DNA from: Acidobacteriota bacterium
GTDB taxonomy: Bacteria; Acidobacteriota; Vicinamibacteria; Vicinamibacterales; CAVVIG01
Length of the DNA: 52,010 bases
Direction: 5' to 3'
Assembly: GCA_046728115.1 (NCBI GenBank)
Contig: JBKPDW010000561.1
Location: 1 to 52,010, forward strand
The notes under the pieces were generated by a model. The model worked only from the letters and a program-made list of their open reading frames with translations, was not told the DNA's origin and did no database searches. The first letter of the stretch is position 1; each line of letters opens with the position of its first letter. Positions 39,697 through 50,162 of this stretch are shown here, piece by piece. A program made the translations under genes and the position numbers.

Positions 39697-40669
39697 CATC
39701 TGCAGCCGCGCCATCCACGGTCACAGTCGTTCCCGGCGAGATGAAGTCGCGATGGATGTACGCCAGCGCGATCGGGCTTCGCAACGCTGGAGACCAGGCA
39801 CTGCTCGTGATCTGACCGATCGCGCGATCGGCGGCTCGTATCTCCGTCCCGCCGGCAGGGACGAGATCGCCGGTCAATCGCAGGCCAACGAGTTTGCGGG
39901 CGACCCGGCCGTGGCCGCGATGCAGGACCCGGATGATCACCTCCTGACCCACATAACATCCCTTGGTGAAGCTGATCGCGCGCGATTCGATCCCGGCTTC
40001 AAGCGGAATCGTCTCCTCGTCCATGTCCCGATGGAACAGCGGCACGCCGCCCTCGATGCGGATTGCTTCCGAGACTTCCAGCTCGAGAGCGGGAAGCCCG
40101 GCCGATGCCAGCGCCTCCATCAGCGCGACAGCCTGCCCGTGATCGACGTACAGATCGAAACCTGGCACGCCGGCATCGGTCGTTCTCGTCACGATTGCCG
40201 GACTGCGGACGTAATTCGCGCGAATGTTACCGTGTTCGGTCAGGGCGGTCAGCGTGTCCTCCGATGCGCCTTCGAGCGTCGACCCGACAACGCGAGCCGC
40301 CTTCGGCCCGACGACTGCGATTTGCGCAAACGTCGCCGACACGTCGCCCAGCTGCACATCCTCCGTGAAGACGAACTGATCGAGTTTTCCCAGAACCGTC
40401 TGTGCGACGTCGCCGGCTGTTGTCATCAGGATCGCGTCGCCGAGTTCGTACACGTGCATGTCGGCGATCATGCGACCCTGCGCAGTCAGATACGCCGCGT
40501 AACAACCCTGGCCGGCGCGCAGCGCACCAATGTCGTTGGTCAGCAAGCCCTGGAGATACGACGCGCGATCCGTCCCGGATACCACGATGCGGCCGCGATC
40601 GGAGCGATCGATGAGCGCAGCATGACGTCTCGCGGCATCGTACGTGCTGAAAACGCCGGCCGGAATCAT
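39674..40669 (-). CDS. ygfZ: YgfZ/GcvT family folate-binding protein
   Basis: YLQGLLTND, KGCYVGQE signature. Confidence 0.88.
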   Translation of the reverse strand: MIPAGVFSTYDAARRHAALIDRSDRGRIVVSGTDRASYLQGLLTNDIGALRAGQGCYAAYLTAQGRMIADMHVYELGDAILMTTAGDVAQTVLGKLDQFVFTEDVQLGDVSATFAQIAVVGPKAARVVGSTLEGASEDTLTALTEHGNIRANYVRSPAIVTRTTDAGVPGFDLYVDHGQAVALMEALASAGLPALELEVSEAIRIEGGVPLFHRDMDEETIPLEAGIESRAISFTKGCYVGQEVIIRVLHRGHGRVARKLVGLRLTGDLVPAGGTEIRAADRAIGQITSSAWSPALRSPIALAYIHRDFISPGTTVTVDGAAADVTALPFV

Positions 40670-40685
40670 GGTGCTATGCTGAGGC

Positions 40686-42344
40686 ATGCGCTGGTTTCAT
40701 TTTAGCCGTGCGATGTGTGCGGCGCTCGGCTTCGTGCTGCCCGCGACCGCCGTGGCTCAGCCGGCAGCGTCGCCTGGCGCTGCGGCCACGTTCACGATCT
40801 TTCTCCGCGCACAGCCGATCGGATCGGAACAGATTGCTGTCATCCATGGCACGGACGGCTGGTCGATCGTCAGCTCGGGCCGCATCGGCGCGCCAATCGA
40901 CGCCATCGCCCGGCGCGTGGAAGTGCGCTACACGGAGGACTGGCGGCCGCTCGAATTGAGCATCGACGCCACCATCCGTGGACAGGCTCAGATGCTGCAT
41001 ACTGTGGTGTCCGACGGCACAGCCCAGACCGAGTTCACGCTGAACGGCCAGCCCTCCCAAAAAGCCGATCGGATCGATCCGTCTGCTGTGCTGATTGTGC
41101 CGACATCGGTGTTTGCGCCGTACGAAGCGCTCGCGCAGCGGCTGAAAACGGCCGCCCCCGGCGCGGAAATCCCGATCTACACCGCTCCATTGATGACGTT
41201 TGTGGCCCGCGTCGGGGAGTCTTCCCACCAGCAGATTCAGACGCTCGCGGGCGTGGTCGATGCGCGACGAATCCGCGTCACCCTTGCAGCGCCTGGCGCG
41301 CCGGTTGACGCCGACATCTGGACCGACGCGAACGGACGAATGATTCGACTGAGCGTACCCTCACAGTCGCTCGAAGTGGTTCGTGAAGACATCGCTGCAG
41401 TATCGTCGCGAAGCGTCCCGATTTCGAGGACGAACGACGAGGCTGTCAGAATCCCGAGCAACGGATTCACGCTCGCCGGCACCGTATCGAAGCCAACCGA
41501 CACTTCCGCGGCTCGACGACCAGCGGTCGTCCTGGTCGGTGGCAGCGGGCCCATGGATCGCGACGGCCTCGCATTCGGTATCCCGATCCTGGGCGAAATC
41601 GCCGGTGCGCTCGCCGACGCCGGGTTCGTCGTCGTTCGCTACGACAAGCGCGGAATCGGCCAGAGCGGCGGGCGCGCCGAGTCGGCATCCCTCGCCGACT
41701 ATGCCGATGATGTCCGTGCGGCCGTGAAGGTACTGTCGGAACGAAAGGATGTCGATCCCAAACGTATCGCCGTTATCGGTCACAGCGAAGGCGGATCGGT
41801 GGCCTTAATCGCTGGCGCAAGGGAAAAACGCATCGCGGCGGTTGCGCTCATGGCGACCCCTGGCGTCACCGGAGCCGAACTGGTTCTGGCGCAGCAGAAG
41901 CGCATCCTGGATCGATCGACGATGTCTGCCGAAGAAAAGCAGGCAAAAATCGAAACGCAGAAGAAAATTCATGATGCCGTGATCACCGGGAAGGGGCTCG
42001 AACAGCTTCCACCTGATGTTCGCCGTGCCGTCGATAATCCCGAGTTTCAGAGCATCTTGACGTCCGACCCGGCCAAACTCGTACCGAACGTTCGTAAACC
42101 CCTCCTCATCGTGCAGGGCGAGCTCGATACGCAAGTCGAACCTTCGAATGCCGACAAACTGGAGGCCCTTGCACGCCAGCGAAAGAACGCACCCCCGGTC
42201 GAGGTGGTGAAAGTTCAAGGCGTCAACCATCTGCTGGTGCAGGCCACAACCGGCGAGGCCGACGAGTACGGAAAGCTCTCCGATCGCCATGTCAGCCCCG
42301 AGGTGACGAAAACGCTGCTGGCCTGGCTGAAAAATATCTTCTGA
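40686..42344 (+). CDS. Secreted alpha/beta hydrolase with N-terminal beta-rich domain
   Basis: Signal peptide; GSGPMDRD, RYDKRG, GHSEG, GELD, NHL. Confidence 0.87.
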   Translation: MRWFHFSRAMCAALGFVLPATAVAQPAASPGAAATFTIFLRAQPIGSEQIAVIHGTDGWSIVSSGRIGAPIDAIARRVEVRYTEDWRPLELSIDATIRGQAQMLHTVVSDGTAQTEFTLNGQPSQKADRIDPSAVLIVPTSVFAPYEALAQRLKTAAPGAEIPIYTAPLMTFVARVGESSHQQIQTLAGVVDARRIRVTLAAPGAPVDADIWTDANGRMIRLSVPSQSLEVVREDIAAVSSRSVPISRTNDEAVRIPSNGFTLAGTVSKPTDTSAARRPAVVLVGGSGPMDRDGLAFGIPILGEIAGALADAGFVVVRYDKRGIGQSGGRAESASLADYADDVRAAVKVLSERKDVDPKRIAVIGHSEGGSVALIAGAREKRIAAVALMATPGVTGAELVLAQQKRILDRSTMSAEEKQAKIETQKKIHDAVITGKGLEQLPPDVRRAVDNPEFQSILTSDPAKLVPNVRKPLLIVQGELDTQVEPSNADKLEALARQRKNAPPVEVVKVQGVNHLLVQATTGEADEYGKLSDRHVSPEVTKTLLAWLKNIF

Positions 42345-42408
42345 TTCAATCAGAGTGCGCTCAACGGAAGACTCGAGCATCCCCAAGATTCCCACTCAAC
42401 CTGCCGCC

Positions 42409-43800
42409 ATGCCTGACGACGATCTCCTGAACCGCGCTCTGAGTATTGCGCGCGCCTACATCGCATCGCGCGCAGACCGGCCCGTCTGGCCCACGATCGC
42501 GCTTGGCGACCTTCGCGCAGCGTTCCCCAGGACGTTGCAGCATGCGCCTGTCGAGCCGGCTGCCGCGATCGAGGAACTCGTTCGCGCGGCCGACCCGGGC
42601 CTCGTGAGCACGACCGGGCCTCGGTACTTTGGGTTCGTCACAGGGGGTGCGTTGCCGGCAACAGTGGCGGCCGAATGGCTGACCGCTGCGTGGGATCAGA
42701 ACACGGCCCTCTACGTGATGTCGCCGGCCGGGGCGGTTGTCGAAGAGGTCGCGGGCGGGTGGCTGCTGGATGTGCTGGGACTCCCCTCCACAGCGAGTTT
42801 TGCGTTCGTGACCGGCTGCCACATGGCCAACTTCACCGGTCTCGCGGCGGCGCGGCACGAAGTGTTGCGGCGTGCCGGTTGGGACGTCGAAGCCGACGGC
42901 CTGGCGGGCGCGCCGCGGCTGCGCGTACTGGTCGGCAACGAAGTGCACGTATCCGTGATTGGCGCGCTGCGGATGCTCGGCGTCGGTTCGAACCACGTGA
43001 TCCGTGTCGACGCGGACGACCAGGGCCGAATGCGGCCCGAGGCGCTCGCCCACGCCCTGGCCTCGGACGATTGCCCCTCGATCGTCTGCGCGCAAGCCGG
43101 CAACGTGAACACCGGCGCCTTCGATCCGCTCGACGCGATCGCCGACCTCACCGCCCGTCATCGCGCCTGGCTGCACGTGGACGGGGCCTTCGGACTGTGG
43201 GCATCCGCAAGCGCGGCGCTGAGACACCACGTCCGCGGCGTGGAACGCGCGGATTCGTGGGCCACCGACGCGCACAAATGGCTGAACGTGCCGTACGATT
43301 CGGGCCTGGTGTTCGTTGCGCATCCGGCTGCGCATCGCGCGGCGATGAGCATGAGCGCGGCCTATCTGATGCGCTCTGCCGACGAACCGCGCGAGTCAAT
43401 GGATTGGACGCCGGAGTCGTCGCGCCGCGCCCGCGGGTTTTCGGTGTACGCCGCACTGCGATCGCTTGGGCGCCGGGGCATCGAGGACCTCGTCGATCGA
43501 TGCTGCCGCCTCGCGCGCCGATTCGCCGAGCGCCTTCGCCAGGAGCCGACGATCCAGATTCTCAACGAGGTCGTCCTCAACCAGCTGCTGGTCCGCGTCG
43601 TCCCACCGCGCGGTGACGCCGATGACGCGACTCGCGAAACAATACGTCTCGTTCAAGAGGAGCGAGTGTGCTGGCTGGGCGGCACGCGCTGGCACGACAT
43701 GGATGCGATGCGTATCTCCGTATCGAATTGGTCCACGACCGACGACGATGTCGACCAATCCGTCGAGTCGATCCTGAAGGCCGCTCGACGCCAGATGTAA
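42409..43800 (+). CDS. Group II PLP-dependent decarboxylase
   Basis: PRYFGFVTGG, WDQN, HVDGAFG, DAHKWLNVPYDSG. Confidence 0.9.
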   Translation: MPDDDLLNRALSIARAYIASRADRPVWPTIALGDLRAAFPRTLQHAPVEPAAAIEELVRAADPGLVSTTGPRYFGFVTGGALPATVAAEWLTAAWDQNTALYVMSPAGAVVEEVAGGWLLDVLGLPSTASFAFVTGCHMANFTGLAAARHEVLRRAGWDVEADGLAGAPRLRVLVGNEVHVSVIGALRMLGVGSNHVIRVDADDQGRMRPEALAHALASDDCPSIVCAQAGNVNTGAFDPLDAIADLTARHRAWLHVDGAFGLWASASAALRHHVRGVERADSWATDAHKWLNVPYDSGLVFVAHPAAHRAAMSMSAAYLMRSADEPRESMDWTPESSRRARGFSVYAALRSLGRRGIEDLVDRCCRLARRFAERLRQEPTIQILNEVVLNQLLVRVVPPRGDADDATRETIRLVQEERVCWLGGTRWHDMDAMRISVSNWSTTDDDVDQSVESILKAARRQM

Positions 43801-45707
43801 TGAGCTCTTTCAAACGTATCTCCAGCGTGACGGCGCTGTACGTCGTCGTTGCGCTCGTCATGACGTGGCCGCTGGCGACCGTCATCACGCGCCAGATCGC
43901 CGGCGACAACGGCGATACGTTGTTCAACTGCTGGGCGTTGCTGTGGACGAGCGGCCAGATCGTGCGCGCGCTGCGTGGCGATGTCGCTGCACTCGCGCAA
44001 TACTGGAACGGCAACATCTTCTACCCCTCGCCACTGACGCTGGCCTACTCCGAACATCTCACCCCGCAGATGCTTCAGGCGTTCCCGGTCCTCAGCCTCA
44101 CGGGCAACATCGTGCTGGCCTACAACGTGGTGTTTTTGGCGACGATCGTGCTGTCCGCGATCGGAATGTATCTGCTGGTTCGCGAACTCACGGGCCACGA
44201 CGCCGCCGCATACCTGGCCGGCCTCGCGTTCGCGTTTGCGCCGTATCGGATGGACCAGTTCGAGCACATTCAGGTGCTGTCCAGTCAGTGGATGCCGTTT
44301 GCGTTTTACGGGTTCCGGCGCTTCTTCGTCACCGCGAACGTTCGCCCCCTCGTCGGCGGCGCTGTTGCGCTCGTGGCGCAGGCGTTGTCCTGCGGGTACT
44401 ACCTGGCGTACTTCACGCCGCTGGCCGTGGCGTACGTGTTGTATGAACTGGTCGCACATGGAAAGTCTCGCGACGGGCGAACGTGGCGCACGCTCGTTTC
44501 GGTCGGCGGCGCGGCGGCCGTGTTGACCGCGACCTTTCTATGGCCGTACTTCCGCGTGCGTCAGATCGGGGATGTCGGCCTGCGGCAGATCGGGGAGATC
44601 GAACACTTCTCGGCCGACACGCATGCGTTTGCCACCGTCTCACAGAAGTCGCTGCTTTGGGGCACGCGCGTCCGTGCCATGCCACACGACGAAGGGCAGG
44701 GATTCCCGGGTTTCACGATTCTGGGCTTCGCCGCGTGCGCCATCGGTGTCGCGACCACGCGCGCCTCGGCTCGCGCACGGCAGGTATCAGCCGAAACATC
44801 GTCCGGACGCCGGCAGCTGGTTCGAATACTCGAGGTCGTGCTGACTCTGCTTCTGCTCCTGCTTGCTTACGTGCTTGTGAAAGGGCCCGACGTCTTGTCC
44901 ATCGGAGGCGTGCCGTTTCGTTACGGATCGAATCGACTGCTCATCCAGATCGGCGTCGTTGGAATCGTGCTTGCGGCGATATCGCCCGCTTTTCGAGTGC
45001 TTCTGCGGGGTGTGCCGGGATCGTCGGTCAGTTTTTTTGCGTGGGGCGCGCTCGCGGCGGCGTGGATGTCGCTTGGTCCGACCATGTACGCGAACGGCCG
45101 CCGCATCGGTCCGGGCCTGTACGACATCTTCTACGAATGGGCGCCTGGATTCACGGGGCTGCGGGTGCCCTCGCTCAACTTCATGCTCGTGGCGTTCATG
45201 CTTGCGGTGTTGGCGGGGCTTGGAGCTGCGTTGCTGACGTCGGCATCGCGCGCGTGGGCCCGGGTCGTGCTGGTCGCCGGGATGATCGCGATTCTGGCGG
45301 AGAGCTGGAGTTCCGCGGCGCCGAGAGACGTTCCGATGCCACATCGAATCTACGACACGGTTCGCGCGTTGCCGTCTGGCAGTGTCGTCGCGGAATTTCC
45401 TTTTGGCAACGTGAGCTCGGAAATCCTCTATACCTTTTACGCGGGATTCCACCGCAAGCCGATCCTCAACGGCTATTCGGGATTCTTCCCTGGCAGCTAC
45501 AGCACTCTCGTGGCGCGTCTTGCGCCGGTGCCGAAAGGCGAGGAAGCATGGGGCGCCCTGCTGTCATCTGGCGCGACCCACGCGGTTGTCCACGAAGATG
45601 CGACGGATTCGCGTGGTCTCATCGCTTCAGAATGGTTGCGCGGCCATCGCGCGCGGGAAACCGCGGTTTTCGGAACGGATCGTCTATTTGAATTACGCAC
45701 GAAGTAG
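43800..45707 (+). CDS. Polytopic membrane protein, probable GT-C glycosyltransferase (YfhO-like)
   Basis: GD...WAL-W, NIFYP...LAYSEH, many TM helices, H-KPILNGYSGFFP. Confidence 0.7.
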   Translation: MSSFKRISSVTALYVVVALVMTWPLATVITRQIAGDNGDTLFNCWALLWTSGQIVRALRGDVAALAQYWNGNIFYPSPLTLAYSEHLTPQMLQAFPVLSLTGNIVLAYNVVFLATIVLSAIGMYLLVRELTGHDAAAYLAGLAFAFAPYRMDQFEHIQVLSSQWMPFAFYGFRRFFVTANVRPLVGGAVALVAQALSCGYYLAYFTPLAVAYVLYELVAHGKSRDGRTWRTLVSVGGAAAVLTATFLWPYFRVRQIGDVGLRQIGEIEHFSADTHAFATVSQKSLLWGTRVRAMPHDEGQGFPGFTILGFAACAIGVATTRASARARQVSAETSSGRRQLVRILEVVLTLLLLLLAYVLVKGPDVLSIGGVPFRYGSNRLLIQIGVVGIVLAAISPAFRVLLRGVPGSSVSFFAWGALAAAWMSLGPTMYANGRRIGPGLYDIFYEWAPGFTGLRVPSLNFMLVAFMLAVLAGLGAALLTSASRAWARVVLVAGMIAILAESWSSAAPRDVPMPHRIYDTVRALPSGSVVAEFPFGNVSSEILYTFYAGFHRKPILNGYSGFFPGSYSTLVARLAPVPKGEEAWGALLSSGATHAVVHEDATDSRGLIASEWLRGHRARETAVFGTDRLFELRTK

Positions 45708-45801
45708 CGGCGATGAGCCCGGCGCTGCGCGCCGGTTCCTACGGCTGAGACGGGGATGACTCGTTCGAAAGTTGACCTGAGCCGCTCCGCGCTCGTCGCG
45801 T

Positions 45802-47142
45802 TCACTCATATCGCAGCGCTTCGATCGGATCGAGGCGCGACGCCTTGATGGCGGGAAGCAGTCCGCTGACGAGACCGACGAACATCAGGATCGTGGACGT
45901 GATGGCGACGAGCTGCACCGACAGGACCAAGTGAATGTCGGTTACCCGGCTGGCATCGTCGAGCAGTTCCGCCAGGAATGGCCGCGGGCTGAACAGCCAG
46001 ACCAGGCCCATCGACAGCGCGATTCCGACGACGCCGCCTGCGAACGTCGTGACGATGCCCTCGAGGAGAAACTGCAGCAGGATCTCGCGGCGCCGCGCGC
46101 CGAGCGCTTTGCGCACGCCGATCTCACGCGTCCGTTCCTGCACGTTCACGAACATGATGTTCATGATGCCGACGCCGCCGATCGCCAGCGTCAGCACGCC
46201 GATGAACGTCAGCACCACCTTCAGCCCCGTGACGATCCCGCCGACGATCTGCTGGTTCTCTACGGAGCCATGCATGTTGACGGCGCGTGTGTCAGCAGGG
46301 CTGTAGCGATAGCGCTTTGCGAGGAACTCGCGGACCTGTTGAATCGCCTTGGGCTCGAGCATCGGCGAGACGGCCTGCCACACGAACGTATTGACGTACA
46401 CGTTCTCGGTCAGCCCGCCCATCGTCGTCCACGGAATGAAGATGCAGTACTTGTCGGGACGGTTGTAGTTCGACAGCTGAACCTTCTCTTCCATCACGCC
46501 AACGATCTCGAACGGCTGGCCGCCGATGCGGATCGTTTCTCCCACCGGCGGAATGCCGGAGAACAACTTGCGCTCTACTTCGGTGCCGATGAACGCAACG
46601 CGCCGGCGCAGCCGTACGTCGTCGTCTTCCAGGAAGCGTCCCCCGGCCTGCGGTTTTTCCGCGCGCATGATTCCGTAGCTCGCCGCAACGCCGCGGACCA
46701 GATGGCTCGACTGCTTGTTGGCGTACACGACAGGGAACTCGCGCATGAACTCGGGACTGACGTTCTTGACCAGCGGCAGCTCGCCCATTGCGAGCACGTC
46801 ATCGCTCGTGACGCGCACGCGCTTTCCGGCCCGCTCGCCACCGGCTTGCAGGCTCGTCTGGCCTGGAAAAGCGACGACTGTCCCGTCGGAGAACGCTCCG
46901 CGGAAGCCGGCATCCAGAGCGCTGCGGAATCCGTCGCCGTAGGCCAGGAGCATCACCACCGAGATGATTCCCCACGAGATTCCCAGCATCGACAGCGCCG
47001 CACGGAAGCGGTGGTGATACAGGCTGAACGCGGCTTCCCGAACGACTTCGCGGAAAAGCCCCCAGCGTATGAGGCGACGCGGCCTGCTGACGCTCTGTAC
47101 CACGTACGAGGCGCCGGGCAGCACGTGAGATGGCGCGTTCAT
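45802..47142 (-). CDS. MacB/FtsX-type ABC permease
   Basis: LSMLGISWG, GGVGIMNIM-V-V-ERTREIGVRKALGA, DPIEALRYE. Confidence 0.92.
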   Translation of the reverse strand: MNAPSHVLPGASYVVQSVSRPRRLIRWGLFREVVREAAFSLYHHRFRAALSMLGISWGIISVVMLLAYGDGFRSALDAGFRGAFSDGTVVAFPGQTSLQAGGERAGKRVRVTSDDVLAMGELPLVKNVSPEFMREFPVVYANKQSSHLVRGVAASYGIMRAEKPQAGGRFLEDDDVRLRRRVAFIGTEVERKLFSGIPPVGETIRIGGQPFEIVGVMEEKVQLSNYNRPDKYCIFIPWTTMGGLTENVYVNTFVWQAVSPMLEPKAIQQVREFLAKRYRYSPADTRAVNMHGSVENQQIVGGIVTGLKVVLTFIGVLTLAIGGVGIMNIMFVNVQERTREIGVRKALGARRREILLQFLLEGIVTTFAGGVVGIALSMGLVWLFSPRPFLAELLDDASRVTDIHLVLSVQLVAITSTILMFVGLVSGLLPAIKASRLDPIEALRYE

Positions 47143-48434
47143 AGCTCGAATCGCAGCGCTTCAACCGGCGGCAGCTGCGCGGCTTTTCGCGCCGGATAGG
47201 TGGATGTCGCGATGCCGATGCAGACCAGCGTCGCAAGCGACAGCAGACCCGAGGGCCACGACAGAATCATTCCCGAGAACCGCTCCGGCATCGGCGCCAG
47301 GTTGACGAGGCTGCACAGCCCCAGCGCCAGCAGCATTCCGAGCCCGCCGCTCAACACGGTGAGGAAAAATCCCTCGAGAAAAAACTGACGCTGAATTGCC
47401 GATGTGGTTGCGCCCAGCGCCTTGCGGACGCCGATCTCGCGCGTGCGCTCTTTGACGGCCACCAGCATGATGTTCATCACGCCAATGCCGCCGAGCGCGA
47501 GCGTCACGATGCCGACGATGGTGAAGAACTCTTTCATGTGGCCGATCATCCGGCCGAACATCAGCGTCTCGAGCGATGTATCCCACATCGTGATCGCCTG
47601 CTTATCGTCCGGATCGAAGCCGTGGCGCCTGGCCAGAATGGCGCGAACGTTCTGTTCGAGCGGCCAATCCACGTCTTCGATTCGTCCGGTGCGCGAATCC
47701 AAAGCGCGGGGCAGCTCGTCGACCACCCAGTCCTTGGGCGCCACGATGATGTCCGACAGGGTGCCTGGCGGCGCGTCGCGGCGCGGCAGGTCCTGCGCCA
47801 TTGCGGCAAACGGCACGAAAATCTTGTTGTTGTCCGGGCCGCTGTAGTTGCTGTCCTGGTTCTTTTTCCGGATCTTGCCGACCACGGTGTACGGCATTCC
47901 GTTGATGCTGATTACTTCGTTCAGGATGTTGCGTTTCCCGAAGAGCTGCTCTGCCATGTCGAAGCCGACGATAGCCACGCGCGACACCTGTTCTTCGTCA
48001 GTCGCAGCGAATGTGCGACCGTATTCCAGCTCGATTGTGCGGATGTCCTGGTATTGCGGTTCGATGCCGGTGACACGCGCGGTGGCCGCGTTGTATGCGC
48101 TCTTCACCTTCACGGCGCCACGTTCGAGCTCCGGGCTGACCACCGCAATCATCGACGACTCGATCGCGAGGGCGCGCGCATCTTCCAGTGTCAGCCGAAT
48201 CTCGCGGCCGGCCCGCTCGCCGCCGGCCTGCAGGCTCGTGCGGCCGCCCCATATGATTCCGATATTCTTGCCGAGCTCGCGCAGCACCTTGTCGTTGCCG
48301 CGGCGGAACCCCTCACCCGTCGCAGAGAGGACGACCACCGAGATCATCCCCCACAGGATGCCGAACATCGTCAGAAAGCTGCGCAGCTTGTTCGCGCGCA
48401 GATTCTGGAACGACTGGATGATGGCTTCAGTCAA
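47139..48434 (-). CDS. MacB/FtsX-type ABC permease
   Basis: NKLRSFLTMFGI, GGIGVMNIM...ERTREIGVRKALGA, PVEALRFE; TTG start. Confidence 0.92.
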   Translation of the reverse strand: MTEAIIQSFQNLRANKLRSFLTMFGILWGMISVVVLSATGEGFRRGNDKVLRELGKNIGIIWGGRTSLQAGGERAGREIRLTLEDARALAIESSMIAVVSPELERGAVKVKSAYNAATARVTGIEPQYQDIRTIELEYGRTFAATDEEQVSRVAIVGFDMAEQLFGKRNILNEVISINGMPYTVVGKIRKKNQDSNYSGPDNNKIFVPFAAMAQDLPRRDAPPGTLSDIIVAPKDWVVDELPRALDSRTGRIEDVDWPLEQNVRAILARRHGFDPDDKQAITMWDTSLETLMFGRMIGHMKEFFTIVGIVTLALGGIGVMNIMLVAVKERTREIGVRKALGATTSAIQRQFFLEGFFLTVLSGGLGMLLALGLCSLVNLAPMPERFSGMILSWPSGLLSLATLVCIGIATSTYPARKAAQLPPVEALRFEL

Positions 48435-48567
48435 TGGAGAGCGAGCCTCTGTGTGCCCCGAGCCTCGCGTGCAGCGCGAGACTCGGCGTGTAGCGCGAAT
48501 CTTTTATTCCGCGACAGGCTCCGGATGCCCAGAAGATGTCGACGGGCAAGCGAAATCAAAGCGTGCG

Positions 48568-49776
48568 TCACGACGGGAGAATGACTTTGTCACCCTGCTT
48601 CAAACCGTCGAGCACTTCGATCTTGGTGCCGTTGCCAATGCCGATCTTCACGGCCACCTTCAGACGGCCAGTCTTCGTGCCGGGCGCCACGACGTTGACG
48701 TACGCGTTCCTCTGCGCATCGTGGGTGATTGCAGCCTCGGGGACGATCAGAACGCCGGCGTGCTCTTCGAGCACGATCTCGGCGTTTGCCGTCATGTTCG
48801 CCTTGAGCTCCTTGCCGGGATTGTCGATCGACACGCGCACTTCGAAATTCGTGACGTTGTCCTTCTCGACGCCCATCGGCGAAATCTGCGTGACACGGCC
48901 GCTGAAGACGCGATCGCGGAACGTCTCGACCCGGATGCGCGCCGCCTGACCGAGCCGCACGCGGCCGATATCGGCTTCGTCGACCTTGCCACGCACGAAA
49001 ACCTGATCGATGTCGCCAAGCGTCATCACCGGCGTGGCGTTGGCGCCGAGATTCAGAATGGACGACACGGGGCTGCCGACCTCGACGTCCCGCGATAGCA
49101 CGGTCCCGCGGATCGGCGCGCGGATCGTGGCGTTGGCCAGATCCTCGGCTGCCCGGTCTGCCGTCGCTTTTGCCTGCGCGACCTGAGCCCTCGCTTCGCC
49201 GACCTTGGCTTGTGCGACCGCCAGCTGCGACTGGGCAGCGCGCTTCCGGTTCTCCGCAACCTCGACCGCAACGTGAGCATCGTCAAGGGCCGACGGAGCC
49301 AGCAGGTGCTGACCGAACAGCGTTTGCGCCCGCTCGTACGCGCGGCGGGCGAACTCTGCGTCCGGGCCTTCCGCCTCGACAACGTTCTTCTTCAACTGGG
49401 CTTCAGCCGCATCGAGCGCCGCTCGCGCGGCCTGCAGATTCGCCTCGGCGCCGCGAAGAGCCGCTGCCAGCTGCTCTTTATCGAGTTCGACCAACACATC
49501 TCCGGCATGGACCGGCGAATCGATATCCACACGCAGCACTTTGATAATGCCGTTCGCCTTCGATTTGATTTCGACCTTTGTGATCGGCTCGACCTTCCCA
49601 GTCGCAACAACCGACTTGGCCATCGTGCCGCGCTCGACGACGGCGATGCGGGAGGGATCGACGTCCGCCGACGCTCCTTTCAGCGTGACAAAACCAACCG
49701 CGCCGCCGCCGATGGCCAGGACTGCCACAATTGCAGCGTACAGACCTTTACGAGACTCTCGGGCTCCGGATCTCAT
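48568..49776 (-). CDS. MacA-like periplasmic adaptor (membrane fusion protein)
   Basis: N-terminal TM, VEIKSKANG lipoyl half-motifs, long coiled coil, IRAPIRG, VDEADIG; start could be TTG 49812. Confidence 0.9.
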   Translation of the reverse strand: MRSGARESRKGLYAAIVAVLAIGGGAVGFVTLKGASADVDPSRIAVVERGTMAKSVVATGKVEPITKVEIKSKANGIIKVLRVDIDSPVHAGDVLVELDKEQLAAALRGAEANLQAARAALDAAEAQLKKNVVEAEGPDAEFARRAYERAQTLFGQHLLAPSALDDAHVAVEVAENRKRAAQSQLAVAQAKVGEARAQVAQAKATADRAAEDLANATIRAPIRGTVLSRDVEVGSPVSSILNLGANATPVMTLGDIDQVFVRGKVDEADIGRVRLGQAARIRVETFRDRVFSGRVTQISPMGVEKDNVTNFEVRVSIDNPGKELKANMTANAEIVLEEHAGVLIVPEAAITHDAQRNAYVNVVAPGTKTGRLKVAVKIGIGNGTKIEVLDGLKQGDKVILPS

Positions 49777-49833
49777 ACGGAGAATGACGAGAGTCGCCAG
49801 ATGGAAGTTCAAAAATCAGTAAGATATCGCGCC

Positions 49834-50133
49834 ATGTGGACCCTGCAGCGATCCGAGCCGGCCGACGATGCGGTGACGTTTCGACTGAAGGCGGGCGCCG
49901 TCAAGACTGTCGGCCGTGCCCCGCGGGCCGATTTCGTTCTGGATGCCGCGCTCGTGTCGCGCATTCATTGCCGGCTGACCGCTACGGACGATGCGCTCGA
50001 GGTGGTCGATTTGTCGAGCACCAACGGGACGTTCGTCAACGACCAGCGCGTGCGAAAAGCGGTGTTGAGCGCCGGCGATCGGCTTCGCATCGGGCGTGTG
50101 GAGTTGACGGTGGGACAACAGAAGTTTGATTGA
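49834..50133 (+). CDS. Stand-alone FHA domain protein
   Basis: VGR, SRIHC, DLSSTNGTFVN, GDRLRIG; TAAGAT 8 nt before ATG. Confidence 0.9.
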   Translation: MWTLQRSEPADDAVTFRLKAGAVKTVGRAPRADFVLDAALVSRIHCRLTATDDALEVVDLSSTNGTFVNDQRVRKAVLSAGDRLRIGRVELTVGQQKFD

Positions 50134-50162
50134 CACAACGGCCACAACGCGCGCTTTGCGGT

